Below are positions 26,838 through 36,067 of a stretch of 64,000 nt of DNA, in pieces. Under the pieces are notes generated by a model that worked only from the letters and a program-made list of their open reading frames with translations, ran no database searches and was not told where the DNA came from. Positions within the stretch are counted from its first letter, which is position 1. Each line of letters opens with the position of its first letter. Both the position numbers and the translations under genes were made by a program. The DNA is from Gemmatimonadota bacterium (GTDB lineage Bacteria > Gemmatimonadota > Gemmatimonadetes > Palauibacterales > Palauibacteraceae). Location of the stretch: positions 1,952,001-2,016,000 of the forward strand of contig OZ220691.1 of the NCBI GenBank assembly GCA_965116475.1, in the 5' to 3' direction.

Positions 26838-26876
26838 AGGGTGACGGTCGGGCCCGCACCGGGCGCCGCACGCACA

Positions 26877-27776
26877 CTACGGCCTCCATGCGGCCATGGC
26901 ATCCCAGCGCGGGTGGCGCGTGAGGTTCACCGGCCCCGATCCGTCCGCGCCCATCGCGTAAACCTCCGAGTTCCCGTCCCGCTTGGTCGAGAACAGCACG
27001 TACTCGCCGTCCGGCGACCAGCGCGGCAGTTCGTCCACTCCGGCGCGCCCCGAGAGGTTGGTCTGGCCGCCGCCATCCGCCCGCATGACGTAGATCTCGG
27101 CGTCGCCGATATCCCGGTAGGACGTGAAGACGATGCGCGATCCATCCGGCGACCACGAGGGGGAACGAGCGCCACCTTCAACCGGGAGCCTCGCGAGCCC
27201 CGTCCCATCCGCCCTCATCGTCCACAGCGAGAACCGCCGACCCCCGTCCCGGTCCGAGGCAAAGACGATCCGGGCACCGTCGGGCGACCAGTCCGGATCC
27301 ACGTCGAAGGACGATGGGCTCCGCGTGAGGTTCACCGGATTCGATCCGTCCACGTCGATCACCCAGACCTCCGGATCCCCCGTCCGCTCGGAGACGAAGA
27401 CCACCCGCTTCCCATCCGGTGACAGGCGCCCGGAACGGTCGTTGGCCGAATCCCGTGTCACCGGCCTCGCGTTCGAGCCGTCCGCGTCCATCAGAAAGAT
27501 GTCGGGGTTCCCGTCGCGCCAACTCGTGAACACGATCCGCGAACCGTCCGGCGTCCAGCTGGGCTCGAGGTTCGTCTCCCCTTCCTCCGTCAGCGGCCGC
27601 TGTCCCGTCCCGTCCGCGTTCGCCACCCAGATGCGCATGTATTGCCCACGGATCGCGGTGAAGACGATCTCGCCCGCCGCGGGCGGCTCGGGGCCCGTGG
27701 CGTCCACGCACCCGAGCGCCGCCAGCGAAGCCAGCATCACGCAAAGGAGATTTCGCACGGCCTTGGCAGCTGCCAT
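26877..27776 (-). CDS. TolB/PD40-repeat lipoprotein
   Basis: Lipobox ALGC; repeated PxWSPDGxRIVFxSxRDG. Confidence 0.9.
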   Translation of the reverse strand: MAAAKAVRNLLCVMLASLAALGCVDATGPEPPAAGEIVFTAIRGQYMRIWVANADGTGQRPLTEEGETNLEPSWTPDGSRIVFTSWRDGNPDIFLMDADGSNARPVTRDSANDRSGRLSPDGKRVVFVSERTGDPEVWVIDVDGSNPVNLTRSPSSFDVDPDWSPDGARIVFASDRDGGRRFSLWTMRADGTGLARLPVEGGARSPSWSPDGSRIVFTSYRDIGDAEIYVMRADGGGQTNLSGRAGVDELPRWSPDGEYVLFSTKRDGNSEVYAMGADGSGPVNLTRHPRWDAMAAWRP

Positions 27777-27847
27777 CCCTCGTTGCGTCCCTCCGGGGCG
27801 CGGACAAGCTTGCGCCATGGCGGTTCGGATCGACCAGGGAGTCAAAG

Positions 27848-29152
27848 ATGAGACAAATCGTACGCTCGCACCAAGCCCTCCTGCCTGCGTTGTCCCTCTT
27901 TCTCGCCCCGTTTCTCGGGTTCGGTTGCGGAGGAGCGGCGGACGATGCGGGAACCGCGGCCGGCGAGGAGGCTTCCATGGACGAGGCCGAACTGGAGCGG
28001 CGCGCGCGCGAGATCCACGAGCGCGTGCTCACGGTCGACACGCACGACGACATCCCCTACAACTTCGCCACCCCGGAGGTGGATCCGCTCAACGCGGACC
28101 GGCAGGTGAATCTCGAGAAGATGCGGGCCGGCGGGCTCGACGTCGGCTTCTTCATCGTCTACGTGGGACAGACCGAGCGCACGCCGGAGAACTACGAGGC
28201 GGCGAAGCAGGGCGCGATGACGAAGTTCGAGGCGATCCACCGCATGACGAACGAGATGTACCCGGAGCAGATCGGCCTCGCCCACACCGCCGCCGACGCG
28301 GAGCGGATCCACGCCGAGGGCCGGCTCGTGGCGGCGATCGGGATCGAGAACGGGTACGTGATCGGGACGGATCTCTCCCTCCTCGAGCGATACCACGAAC
28401 TCGGCGCCCGCTACATCACGCTGGCGCACAACGGGAACAACGACATCGCCGATTCGGCGCAACCCAACTTCGGGTTCGGCGACACGCCGGAGGAGAACGG
28501 GGGCATCAGCGACTTCGGCGAGGAGGTGATCGCCGAGATGAACCGGCTCGGGATCATGGTCGACGTCTCCCATATCTCGAAGGCGGCCAGCCTCGAGGCG
28601 ATGGAACTCTCCGAGGCTCCGGTCATCGCGTCGCACTCCGGCGCCCACGCCGTGAACGCCCACCCCCGCAACATGGACGACGAGCAGTTGTACGCCCTGC
28701 GCGAGAACGGCGGTGTGATCCAGGCCGTCGCCCTCGGGGCCTTCGTGAAGTCGCCCCCGGAGGACCAGCAGGCGGAGGTTACCGCGCTCCGGGAGGAGAT
28801 CGGCTTCACGAGCTTCTCCCAGATGACGGACGAACAGCGCGTCGCCTTCCGCGAGGGGATGGCCGAGATCCGGTCGCGGTATCCGGCCGTGAACGTGGCG
28901 GACTTCGTCGACCATATCGACCACGCCGTCAACCTGATCGGCATCGATTACGTCGGGATCAGTTCGGACTTTGATGGCGGTGGCGGCATCGAGGGGTGGA
29001 GCGATGCCTCGGAGACCTTCAACGTCACGCTCGAACTCGTGCGCCGCGGCTATTCCGAGGAAGAGATCCGGCGACTCTGGGGCGGGAACACGCTGCGCAT
29101 CTGGCGCGCCGCCGAGGAAGTCGCCGCTGAACTGCAGCAGGCCGGGGGCTGA
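27848..29152 (+). CDS. Membrane dipeptidase (M19) lipoprotein
   Basis: DTHDD, IGIENG, DVSH, ASHS, RNMDD, SSDFDG, GGNTLR motifs. Confidence 0.93.
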   Translation: MRQIVRSHQALLPALSLFLAPFLGFGCGGAADDAGTAAGEEASMDEAELERRAREIHERVLTVDTHDDIPYNFATPEVDPLNADRQVNLEKMRAGGLDVGFFIVYVGQTERTPENYEAAKQGAMTKFEAIHRMTNEMYPEQIGLAHTAADAERIHAEGRLVAAIGIENGYVIGTDLSLLERYHELGARYITLAHNGNNDIADSAQPNFGFGDTPEENGGISDFGEEVIAEMNRLGIMVDVSHISKAASLEAMELSEAPVIASHSGAHAVNAHPRNMDDEQLYALRENGGVIQAVALGAFVKSPPEDQQAEVTALREEIGFTSFSQMTDEQRVAFREGMAEIRSRYPAVNVADFVDHIDHAVNLIGIDYVGISSDFDGGGGIEGWSDASETFNVTLELVRRGYSEEEIRRLWGGNTLRIWRAAEEVAAELQQAGG

Positions 29153-30894
29153 TGAGCTTCAGGGCCCTCGCCACGGTCTCCTCGCTGGCGCTCGCGGCAG
29201 CCGCCTGCAGCGAATCGCCGGGCGCAGCCGCCGGGGCGGAGGCTCCCTTCCGGGTCGGCGCGACGCTCGACGTCGGGGCGGCCCCGCACGGCATCCGGTT
29301 CAGCGCGGATGGCGACACCGCCTGGGTGGCCCTGAGCGGCGAAGGCGGGATCGCGGTCGTGGAACTCTCCGCGTCCGCCGTCGTGGCGCGCTGGGAGGCC
29401 GGGGACGCGCCGCTCGACCTCGTCCGCGTCGACGGCGGCTGGCTGGTGAGCCAGTTCCGGGATTCGACGCTCATCCGGCTTGACGACGAGGGCCGGATCG
29501 TCCCCGGCGCCGTGTGGGATGTCGGGGCGGGTCCGTCGCTGTTCACGCCCGGGACCGTGCGCGGAGAGACCTGGATCACGACCGAGTTCTCCGACCGGTT
29601 GTGGACGGTGGACACCCGCGAGGGAACGCCGCGCGAATTCCACGCCACCGGCGACCGCCCCTATCCCGCGGACGTGATGTGGGACGGATCCCACGCCTTC
29701 GTCCCCAACCTCGATGAAGGGTCGGTCTCCGTCATCGATCTCCTGAACGGTGAACTGGACGCCACCGTCGAGGCGTGTCCAGGCCCGCCGGGGGGCGCGC
29801 TCACGCCCGATCAGGTCACCTACATCGTCGCCTGCGGCGGATCCGACGAGGTGGCCTTCATCAACACCGCGTCCTTCGCCGTCACGGGCCGCGTCTCGGA
29901 GGGCCTCGGTCCCCGGCCGTTCTCGGTCGCGGTGCCCGCGGACGGCCGCCACGCGTTGGTCAACAACGCGGGCGGGAACACCGTCTCCGTCGTCGACCTC
30001 GAGTCCCGCGCCGTCGTGCAGCGGCTCGAGGTCGGCGAGCAGCCCATCGTCCTCCGCGTGCACCCGGACGGCGAGCGCGTGTTCGTGGCGAACGAGATAT
30101 CGGGCACGCTGGTCGAACTGGTGCCGACCGCGGGATCGACCGCGGCGGGTTCGCCCGCTCCCTCCGACTCTCCCTCCGATGGCGAGGCGGCGCTGACCGA
30201 GGTCGTCGTGCTCGGGATGATCCACTCGGGCCACGAGACCAGCGAGACGTTCAGCCTCGAGGTCGTTCGCGACCTGGTGCGCGAGATCGATCCGGACTAC
30301 TGGCTGACGGAAATCCCGCCCAACCGCTGGGACCGCGCATGGGCCGAGTTCGAGGCCGCCGGGACGGTCGAGGAGCCCCGGGTCCGCCGCTTCCCCGAGT
30401 ACATGGAGGGGCTCTTCCCTCTCTCCCGCGAACTCGACTTCGAGGTCATTCCCACGGCGGGGTGGACCGAACCGATGTCGGACTTCCGGGCCGCGTATCT
30501 CGACGCCTACTCACGGGACCCGGACCGGGCCGACCGGTGGGCGGAATACCGGGCGGCCGCGGAGGCCTCAGCCGAGGCGCTCGCCGCGGGCGCGGCGGAC
30601 GACCCGCGCTGGATCCACACCGACGCCTACGACGAAGCCTACGACATCCGCATGCGGACGTACGCCCGCCTGTTCGACGCGGATCTGGGCCCCGGAGGGT
30701 GGGACGCGATCAACGCCTCGCACTGGGCGTACATCGAAGACGGGCTGGACCGGCATCGGGGCGAGGGGGTTCGCTTCCTCCTCACCTACGGCGCGGGCCA
30801 CAAGGGGCCCTTCCTGCGCGAACTCCGGCAGCGCGACGACATCGTGCTCCTGGACGTGGGACCGTTCCTCGATCGGATAGCCGCTGCCCGCTAG
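29152..30894 (+). CDS. Lipoprotein with a YVTN-type beta-propeller and a C-terminal TraB/GumN-like domain
   Basis: AAAC lipobox; VGxxP and SVSVIDL repeats; C-terminal VVLGMIH...TE...YGAGH. Confidence 0.75.
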   Translation: MSFRALATVSSLALAAAACSESPGAAAGAEAPFRVGATLDVGAAPHGIRFSADGDTAWVALSGEGGIAVVELSASAVVARWEAGDAPLDLVRVDGGWLVSQFRDSTLIRLDDEGRIVPGAVWDVGAGPSLFTPGTVRGETWITTEFSDRLWTVDTREGTPREFHATGDRPYPADVMWDGSHAFVPNLDEGSVSVIDLLNGELDATVEACPGPPGGALTPDQVTYIVACGGSDEVAFINTASFAVTGRVSEGLGPRPFSVAVPADGRHALVNNAGGNTVSVVDLESRAVVQRLEVGEQPIVLRVHPDGERVFVANEISGTLVELVPTAGSTAAGSPAPSDSPSDGEAALTEVVVLGMIHSGHETSETFSLEVVRDLVREIDPDYWLTEIPPNRWDRAWAEFEAAGTVEEPRVRRFPEYMEGLFPLSRELDFEVIPTAGWTEPMSDFRAAYLDAYSRDPDRADRWAEYRAAAEASAEALAAGAADDPRWIHTDAYDEAYDIRMRTYARLFDADLGPGGWDAINASHWAYIEDGLDRHRGEGVRFLLTYGAGHKGPFLRELRQRDDIVLLDVGPFLDRIAAAR

Positions 30895-30921
30895 GCGAGG
30901 TCGCCGCAGTCGGCCGAGCCG

Positions 30922-32766
30922 CTAGTCTCCGAGCAGGTCCAGGATCGCGGACTTCGAGATCAGTTCCGAGAAGACGTGGGGCTCCCCGCCCGGCCGGTAG
31001 AGGACGTAGAAGGGGATGCCGTAGCGGCCGAAGTCGGCCAGGTAGCGGCCGATCGACTCGTCGCGCCGCGTCCAGTCGGCCCGCATGGCGATGACGTCGT
31101 GCCGTTCGAACGCGCCCGCCACCTCCTCGGTCTCCAGGAAGAGCGTCTCGTTGACCTTGCAGGTGAAGCACCAGTCGGCCGTCACGTCGACGAACACGTA
31201 GGTGCCCTCCGCCGCGAGGTCCTCGGCCCGCTCGCGGTCGAAGGGCTGCCACGCGATCAGGCGGTCCTCCGGCGCGACGCCGATCGTCGAGGGCCCCGCT
31301 TCGGAGCGCCCCGCGGCCACCGTGGAGACCGCCACCACGGTCAGCGCCGCCGCGGCGACCCCGGCGAGGCGGCGCCCTGCCCGCCCGCGCTGCGACCGGC
31401 TGGCGAGCCAGATCGCGAGCGCCACGGCCAGCAGCCCGATCTCGAAGAAGGCCACGCGCGGCGCCGACACCAGGCCCGACATAACGAAGAGGAGCCACAC
31501 CAGCGTCGCCGCGAGCAGGAACCCCATCACGACGCGGAAGGTCGCCATCCACGGCCCCGGCCGCGGCAGCACGCGCCCCGCTGCCGGGAACGCCGCCAGG
31601 AGCAGGTACGGAGAGGCCATCCCGGCGCCGATCGCCCCGAACATCGCCACCGTTGTGCCCGAATCCTGCGTGAGCGCGAAGCCGAGCGCCGTCCCCAGGA
31701 AGGGGGCGGAGCAGGGCGTCGCCATCAGCGTGGCGAAGAAGCCGGTCACCAGGTGCCCCGCGAGCCCCTCGGAGGGACCCGACGAGCCCACCTTGGCCAG
31801 CGTCCCCGGGAGGTGGATCTCGAACAGCCCCCACATGTTGAGCGTGAAGAGAAGGATCACGACCGCGAGCGCCCCGACGAACAGCGGCTCCTGGAACTGG
31901 ATCCCCCAGCCCACCGCGACGCCGGCCGCGCGCGCCCCGATCGCCGCCCCCGCCAGCAGCAGGAAGGAGAGGATGATTCCGGCCGCCGTGGCGAGGCTCC
32001 CCGTCGTGAGCGCGCGCCGGCCCCCCTCCGCGCTCTTCATCAGCCCGAACACCTTCAGCGACAGCACGGGCAGCACGCACGGCATCGCGTTCAGGATCAG
32101 CCCGCCCAGGAAGCCCAGGAGCACGAACCACAGGAAGCCACGCCCCGCGCCCCCGACCTGCGATCCCCCGCTGCCCGTCGCGGCTTCCGCCGCCGCGAAG
32201 AACTCGGGGTTCGCGACCTCCCCCCCGGCGGCGATCGTCAGCCCCACCGTGGCCGGCGTCGTCACCGGCGCGAGGCACATTTTGTCGTCGCACGCCTGGT
32301 AGGTGACGTTCGTCCGGATGGGGTACGTGCCGGTCGCCGCTCCCGCCGGCGTCGGCAGCTCGGCCCGGATGAAGATCTCGCCCTCGTACACGGAGATGGC
32401 CGTGGGCGCGAACTCGAAGCGCTTCATCTCGCCCGGGGGATAGCGAGGCGTCTCCGGCGCCGGCCAGTCCGGCGGCGCCTCGATGTCGATCTCCGTCGCG
32501 ATCAGATAATCGTAGGTCGGCTCGTAGCTGTTCGTGTGCCAGCCGTCCTCGATGATGAGGCGCACCGCGAGTTCCGCGGGCTCGCCGGCGAGGTAGGCGG
32601 TGCGGTCGAGGGCGACGGCGATGTCCCCCTTCTCGAGATCGAGCGCCCCCTGCCGGGGAAGCTGCGCCGCGCCCGGACCCGGGAGGAGAGATCCCGCGAC
32701 CGCGGCCCACACGCCCGCGAACACCGGCCAGGCGCGCCGAACTCCGCCGCGTTGCTCCCGCGCCAT
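30922..32766 (-). CDS. dsbD: DsbD-family protein-disulfide reductase with thioredoxin domain
   Basis: GWHTNS, YQACDDKMC, LNAMPCVLPV, ATPCSAPFLG, TADWCFTCK. Confidence 0.92.
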   Translation of the reverse strand: MAREQRGGVRRAWPVFAGVWAAVAGSLLPGPGAAQLPRQGALDLEKGDIAVALDRTAYLAGEPAELAVRLIIEDGWHTNSYEPTYDYLIATEIDIEAPPDWPAPETPRYPPGEMKRFEFAPTAISVYEGEIFIRAELPTPAGAATGTYPIRTNVTYQACDDKMCLAPVTTPATVGLTIAAGGEVANPEFFAAAEAATGSGGSQVGGAGRGFLWFVLLGFLGGLILNAMPCVLPVLSLKVFGLMKSAEGGRRALTTGSLATAAGIILSFLLLAGAAIGARAAGVAVGWGIQFQEPLFVGALAVVILLFTLNMWGLFEIHLPGTLAKVGSSGPSEGLAGHLVTGFFATLMATPCSAPFLGTALGFALTQDSGTTVAMFGAIGAGMASPYLLLAAFPAAGRVLPRPGPWMATFRVVMGFLLAATLVWLLFVMSGLVSAPRVAFFEIGLLAVALAIWLASRSQRGRAGRRLAGVAAAALTVVAVSTVAAGRSEAGPSTIGVAPEDRLIAWQPFDRERAEDLAAEGTYVFVDVTADWCFTCKVNETLFLETEEVAGAFERHDVIAMRADWTRRDESIGRYLADFGRYGIPFYVLYRPGGEPHVFSELISKSAILDLLGD

Positions 32767-32985
32767 CCTGCCTCTCGAACCGACCTTCATTCGTCTTGAT
32801 CCTCTGAACTCGAGCTTCCGACAACCCGACGGGAAAATTAGCCGCCCGACCCTTGCGTCAAAACACCCGCCATGCCTGCCGCGATGGATGCCCACGATGG
32901 ACGCCGGCGATTGACGCCCGCATTTGCGGCGGACCACTCTTGAAGGAACGAGGCACGTCCCGCGACACCGGAACCGGAGGGCGAC

Positions 32986-33393
32986 ATGAAACGCTGGGGT
33001 CTGCTGCTGCTGAGAGTGAGCACGGGGTGGCTGCTGGTGATGTGGGGGCTCGACAAGTTCGTCAACGTGGAGCACGGCCAGCGCGTGGCCGAGAGCTTCT
33101 ATCTGGGGATCGGTTCGCAGGCGGTCGTCCAGAACGTGTTCGGCGGCCTGGAGATCGCCCTCGGTCTGCTCGTGGTGGCGGGCCTGTTGAGGAAGTGGGC
33201 GTACCCCGCGGCGTTCGTCGTCCTCCTCATCACGGCGCTCGCCGTCTGGAAGTCGATTCTCGATCCGTGGGGCTGGGTCCTCGAGGGATCGCAGGTCCTC
33301 TTCTATCCCTCGATCATCGTTCTCGCCGGCGCCATGGTCCTGTGGGGCACGATGGACCAGGACGAGTTGACGGTCGACGCCCGTCTGGGCTGA
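32986..33393 (+). CDS. DoxX-family membrane protein
   Basis: LLLRVSTG...WGLDKF, GGLEIALG; four hydrophobic segments; SD GGAGG. Confidence 0.8.
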   Translation: MKRWGLLLLRVSTGWLLVMWGLDKFVNVEHGQRVAESFYLGIGSQAVVQNVFGGLEIALGLLVVAGLLRKWAYPAAFVVLLITALAVWKSILDPWGWVLEGSQVLFYPSIIVLAGAMVLWGTMDQDELTVDARLG

Positions 33394-33421
33394 CCTGTGA
33401 GCTGACCTGCCCGGCCCCGGC

Positions 33422-33448
33422 CCGGCGCGTTTCGAGGCGACGCGCCGG
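33422..33448. terminator. GC-rich hairpin between convergent genes
   Basis: CCGGCGCGT...ACGCGCCGG stem; no U-tract. Confidence 0.45.
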
Positions 33449-33460
33449 ACGGGTCGGGAA

Positions 33461-34990
33461 TCAGCCGTGCTCCGGCTCGGGCCGGTGGACCCTTCCGAGC
33501 CGCCACATGCCGATGGCGACCAGCACCGCGACGATCGGTAGGCCGGCCGCCCCCGTGAGGACGATCAGCGAGGCCATCATGAAGGCGACCGTTGCGGCGA
33601 TGAGGCCCGTGAGGAGCCAGCCGCCGAGCACCACCATGATGCCCGTCACGCGCTGGCCGCCGTCGGTGGTCGTCCAGGTCCGGTCCCCGAAAGAGGCGCC
33701 CATCGCGGCCATGAACGTGATGTACGTCGTCGACAGGGGCAGCCTGTTGGCCGTGCCGATGGAGATGAGCAGCGCCGCGACCGTCAGATTCACGCTCGCG
33801 CGCAGCAGATCGTACGGAGGATCGTCCGCGTCCGGCGGGGGCGGTGCGGTCTGCACCTCGATATGCTCCCGGAGCCTGCGCGGGGTGAGGCGCTGCGCGA
33901 GAAGGAAGCCGGAGTATCCCCACGTCGCAATCGACGTGCCCAGCTTGCTGTCGCGGAAGCGCTGAGGTGTGTGGCTTTGCGCGGCCAGGCGGATCTCCGT
34001 GTCCGTCACGCGACGCGCTTTCCGGGACCTGATGAGCGCCACGGCCATGACGAGACCCGCCACCAGTAGCGCCCACGGCGGCGTCGGCACCCGGCCGGAG
34101 AGGTCGACCCCTTCCACGAGCACTGCCTGGAAGGCCGCGACCGACGGACCGATGAAGTTGACGAGGTCGTTTCCGGCGAATGCCATGGACAGCGCGCCCG
34201 TGCCGGTGAGCACGATGACGCCGACCACCGTCCTGGGCCGCCGCCGCAACGCGAACGCAAACACGCTCGACAGGACGAACACTCCGGCGAGAATCAGGAC
34301 GATCTGCTCGCGCAGCATCGTCATCGTCTCCTCACCGAGAAGCGCGGCGCCCTGCAGACCCTTGAACAGCACGAAATAGCCCATCGCCGAGAACGAGACG
34401 CCGGTCCAGAGCCAGCCCCAGCGCGGAAAGCTCTCCTTCAGGTTGAATCCGTACAGGATCCGTACCAGCCACATGACCGCGGCCGCGCTCACAAAGGCAG
34501 TGACAACGGAGAGGAAGATGGCGGTGTAGATGCCGAGGACCGGCCCCGTGTTGATCACTTCCAGCGCCCCGCGGAACCCGCCCGCCGAGGTCCAGAAGGC
34601 GACCGCGATCGAGGCGCCCACGAGTTCCGACACGATCGATACGGTCGTGCTCGTCGGCAGCCCGAAGGTGTTGAACAGATCCAGGAGGAGGACGTCCGCC
34701 GCCATGACGCCGAGATAGAGCGCGAGGATCGAGGTCAGGATGATCGTCCCGTCCACGTCGGTGAAGAAGCTGGGGTCGAACACGCCGCGCCGCGCCACTT
34801 CCATGAGGCCGCTCGATGTGAACGCGCCGAGGAGGATCCCGATCGTGGCGATGATCATGATGAGGCGCCGCCGCGCCACCCGGGACCCGAACGCCGAGTT
34901 CAGGAAGTTCACCGCATCGTTCGCGACCCCGACCCAGAGATCGAAGGTCGCGAGCCCGAGAATCAGAAGCAGAGCAATCGTTTCGAACAA
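33461..34990 (-). CDS. Inorganic phosphate transporter (PiT family)
   Basis: GVANDAVNF, GLPTSTT, FAGNDLVNFIGP and LPLSTTY signature repeats. Confidence 0.92.
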   Translation of the reverse strand: MFETIALLLILGLATFDLWVGVANDAVNFLNSAFGSRVARRRLIMIIATIGILLGAFTSSGLMEVARRGVFDPSFFTDVDGTIILTSILALYLGVMAADVLLLDLFNTFGLPTSTTVSIVSELVGASIAVAFWTSAGGFRGALEVINTGPVLGIYTAIFLSVVTAFVSAAAVMWLVRILYGFNLKESFPRWGWLWTGVSFSAMGYFVLFKGLQGAALLGEETMTMLREQIVLILAGVFVLSSVFAFALRRRPRTVVGVIVLTGTGALSMAFAGNDLVNFIGPSVAAFQAVLVEGVDLSGRVPTPPWALLVAGLVMAVALIRSRKARRVTDTEIRLAAQSHTPQRFRDSKLGTSIATWGYSGFLLAQRLTPRRLREHIEVQTAPPPPDADDPPYDLLRASVNLTVAALLISIGTANRLPLSTTYITFMAAMGASFGDRTWTTTDGGQRVTGIMVVLGGWLLTGLIAATVAFMMASLIVLTGAAGLPIVAVLVAIGMWRLGRVHRPEPEHG

Positions 34991-35096
34991 TGGATCAACG
35001 CCTGGCTGGGGCTGCGGACGTCCGGAACCGGGTCACACCTGGCAGCCACGGACAATGCTTTCAGCGCCAACCCTAGGCTGATTTCACCACGGAGCA

Positions 35097-35118
35097 AGCG
35101 TCGTGACGGGACTGTTAC
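35097..35118 (-). promoter_or_regulatory. Putative Pho-box-like tandem (GTAACAGTCCC GTCACGACGCT)
   Basis: Two GTxAC half-sites with 11-bp period upstream of the phosphate transporter. Confidence 0.45.
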
Positions 35119-35145
35119 GTCAGCGCCCTTCGGCTTCACCTTCCC

Positions 35146-35319
35146 TGGCAGCCCGTGGCAAAACCCCGCTGCGTTCGAGCGGCGCTGCATCTCGCCCGAA
35201 ACGCTGCGCTCTGCGTCGCTCCTCGGTCGCGTAGCGCTGCTATGCTCCCTCGTCGCTCCTTGTCAGGCGAGCGCTTCACCGCCCTCGGCGCTGACGCGGG
35301 GTTTTGCCACGGACTGCCA
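35146..35319. mobile_element. MITE-like element, about 170 bp, with ~24-bp terminal inverted repeats
   Basis: TGGCAGCCCGTGGCAAAACCCCGC...GCGGGGTTTTGCCACGGACTGCCA; near-identical inverted copy at 45085-45255. Confidence 0.85.
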
Positions 35320-35572
35320 CGCGATCCGCCGCCTCCGGCGGCTCCCCGCCGCTTCGCTTCAGGAGCCTTCGCGCCGCTCCGATGTCGGCCCCATCAGAGC
35401 GCTCGGCGAAGAACTCGGCCGTCCTCATGGCCGTGATCTTCTCTGCCACCGCCGTTGCCACGAACTGATTGATGCTGGTTCCGTCCTCTTCGCTGATCTC
35501 GCGTACAGCCATCTTGAGAGATGAGGGGAGACGCAGGGGGTAGGTGCTGGTTTGCTTATGCCTCCGCGTCAT
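35276..35572 (-). CDS. HicB-like RHH antitoxin; C-terminus reads into the MITE
   Basis: YPLRLPSSLK...GTSINQFVATAVAEKI; ATGA overlap with the PIN gene. Confidence 0.85.
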   Translation of the reverse strand: MTRRHKQTSTYPLRLPSSLKMAVREISEEDGTSINQFVATAVAEKITAMRTAEFFAERSDGADIGAARRLLKRSGGEPPEAADRVAVRGKTPRQRRGR

Positions 35573-35991
35573 TTCCGTATCCTCTGAAGCGCTTGTTGGG
35601 GCGACAACAACTTCATCCCGAATCTCTCGGCGGCGTCGCCAAAATCGCGCCGGTTGAAGGTGACCAGGGCGTCCGCGCCTCCGTTGATGGCGGCTTCGAG
35701 CACCATCTCATCCGCTGGATCGCGAAGCTGCGGACGCCACAGAAACCGCGATCGCACCGGCTCTGCCACCGCGCACAGGGCCGACATGATGACTTCAACT
35801 TCAGACTCCTTGAGACCAGCGACGATTCGCTGTGCCGGAGCCTTGCATATACTCTCGTATTCCAACACGAGCGCCACCGAGAGAAGCAACGTGAACTCCT
35901 GCCGCAACGCACGGTCGAGGAGATCCGCCGAGGCGCCACTTGGGCTTCGCAGGCCAGCGACGATGACGTTCGTGTCGAGAACGAGACGCAT
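35569..35991 (-). CDS. PIN-family putative toxin
   Basis: MRLVLDTNVIVAGLRS, WRPQLRDPADEMVLE, VTFNRRDF. Confidence 0.9.
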   Translation of the reverse strand: MRLVLDTNVIVAGLRSPSGASADLLDRALRQEFTLLLSVALVLEYESICKAPAQRIVAGLKESEVEVIMSALCAVAEPVRSRFLWRPQLRDPADEMVLEAAINGGADALVTFNRRDFGDAAERFGMKLLSPQQALQRIRK

Positions 35992-36067
35992 CGTATACGA
36001 TATCACATCGCCCACGATGTGAAAAGGTCCCGCCGGGTTAACCTGACGGGTGATGAAGGAGGAGCGG

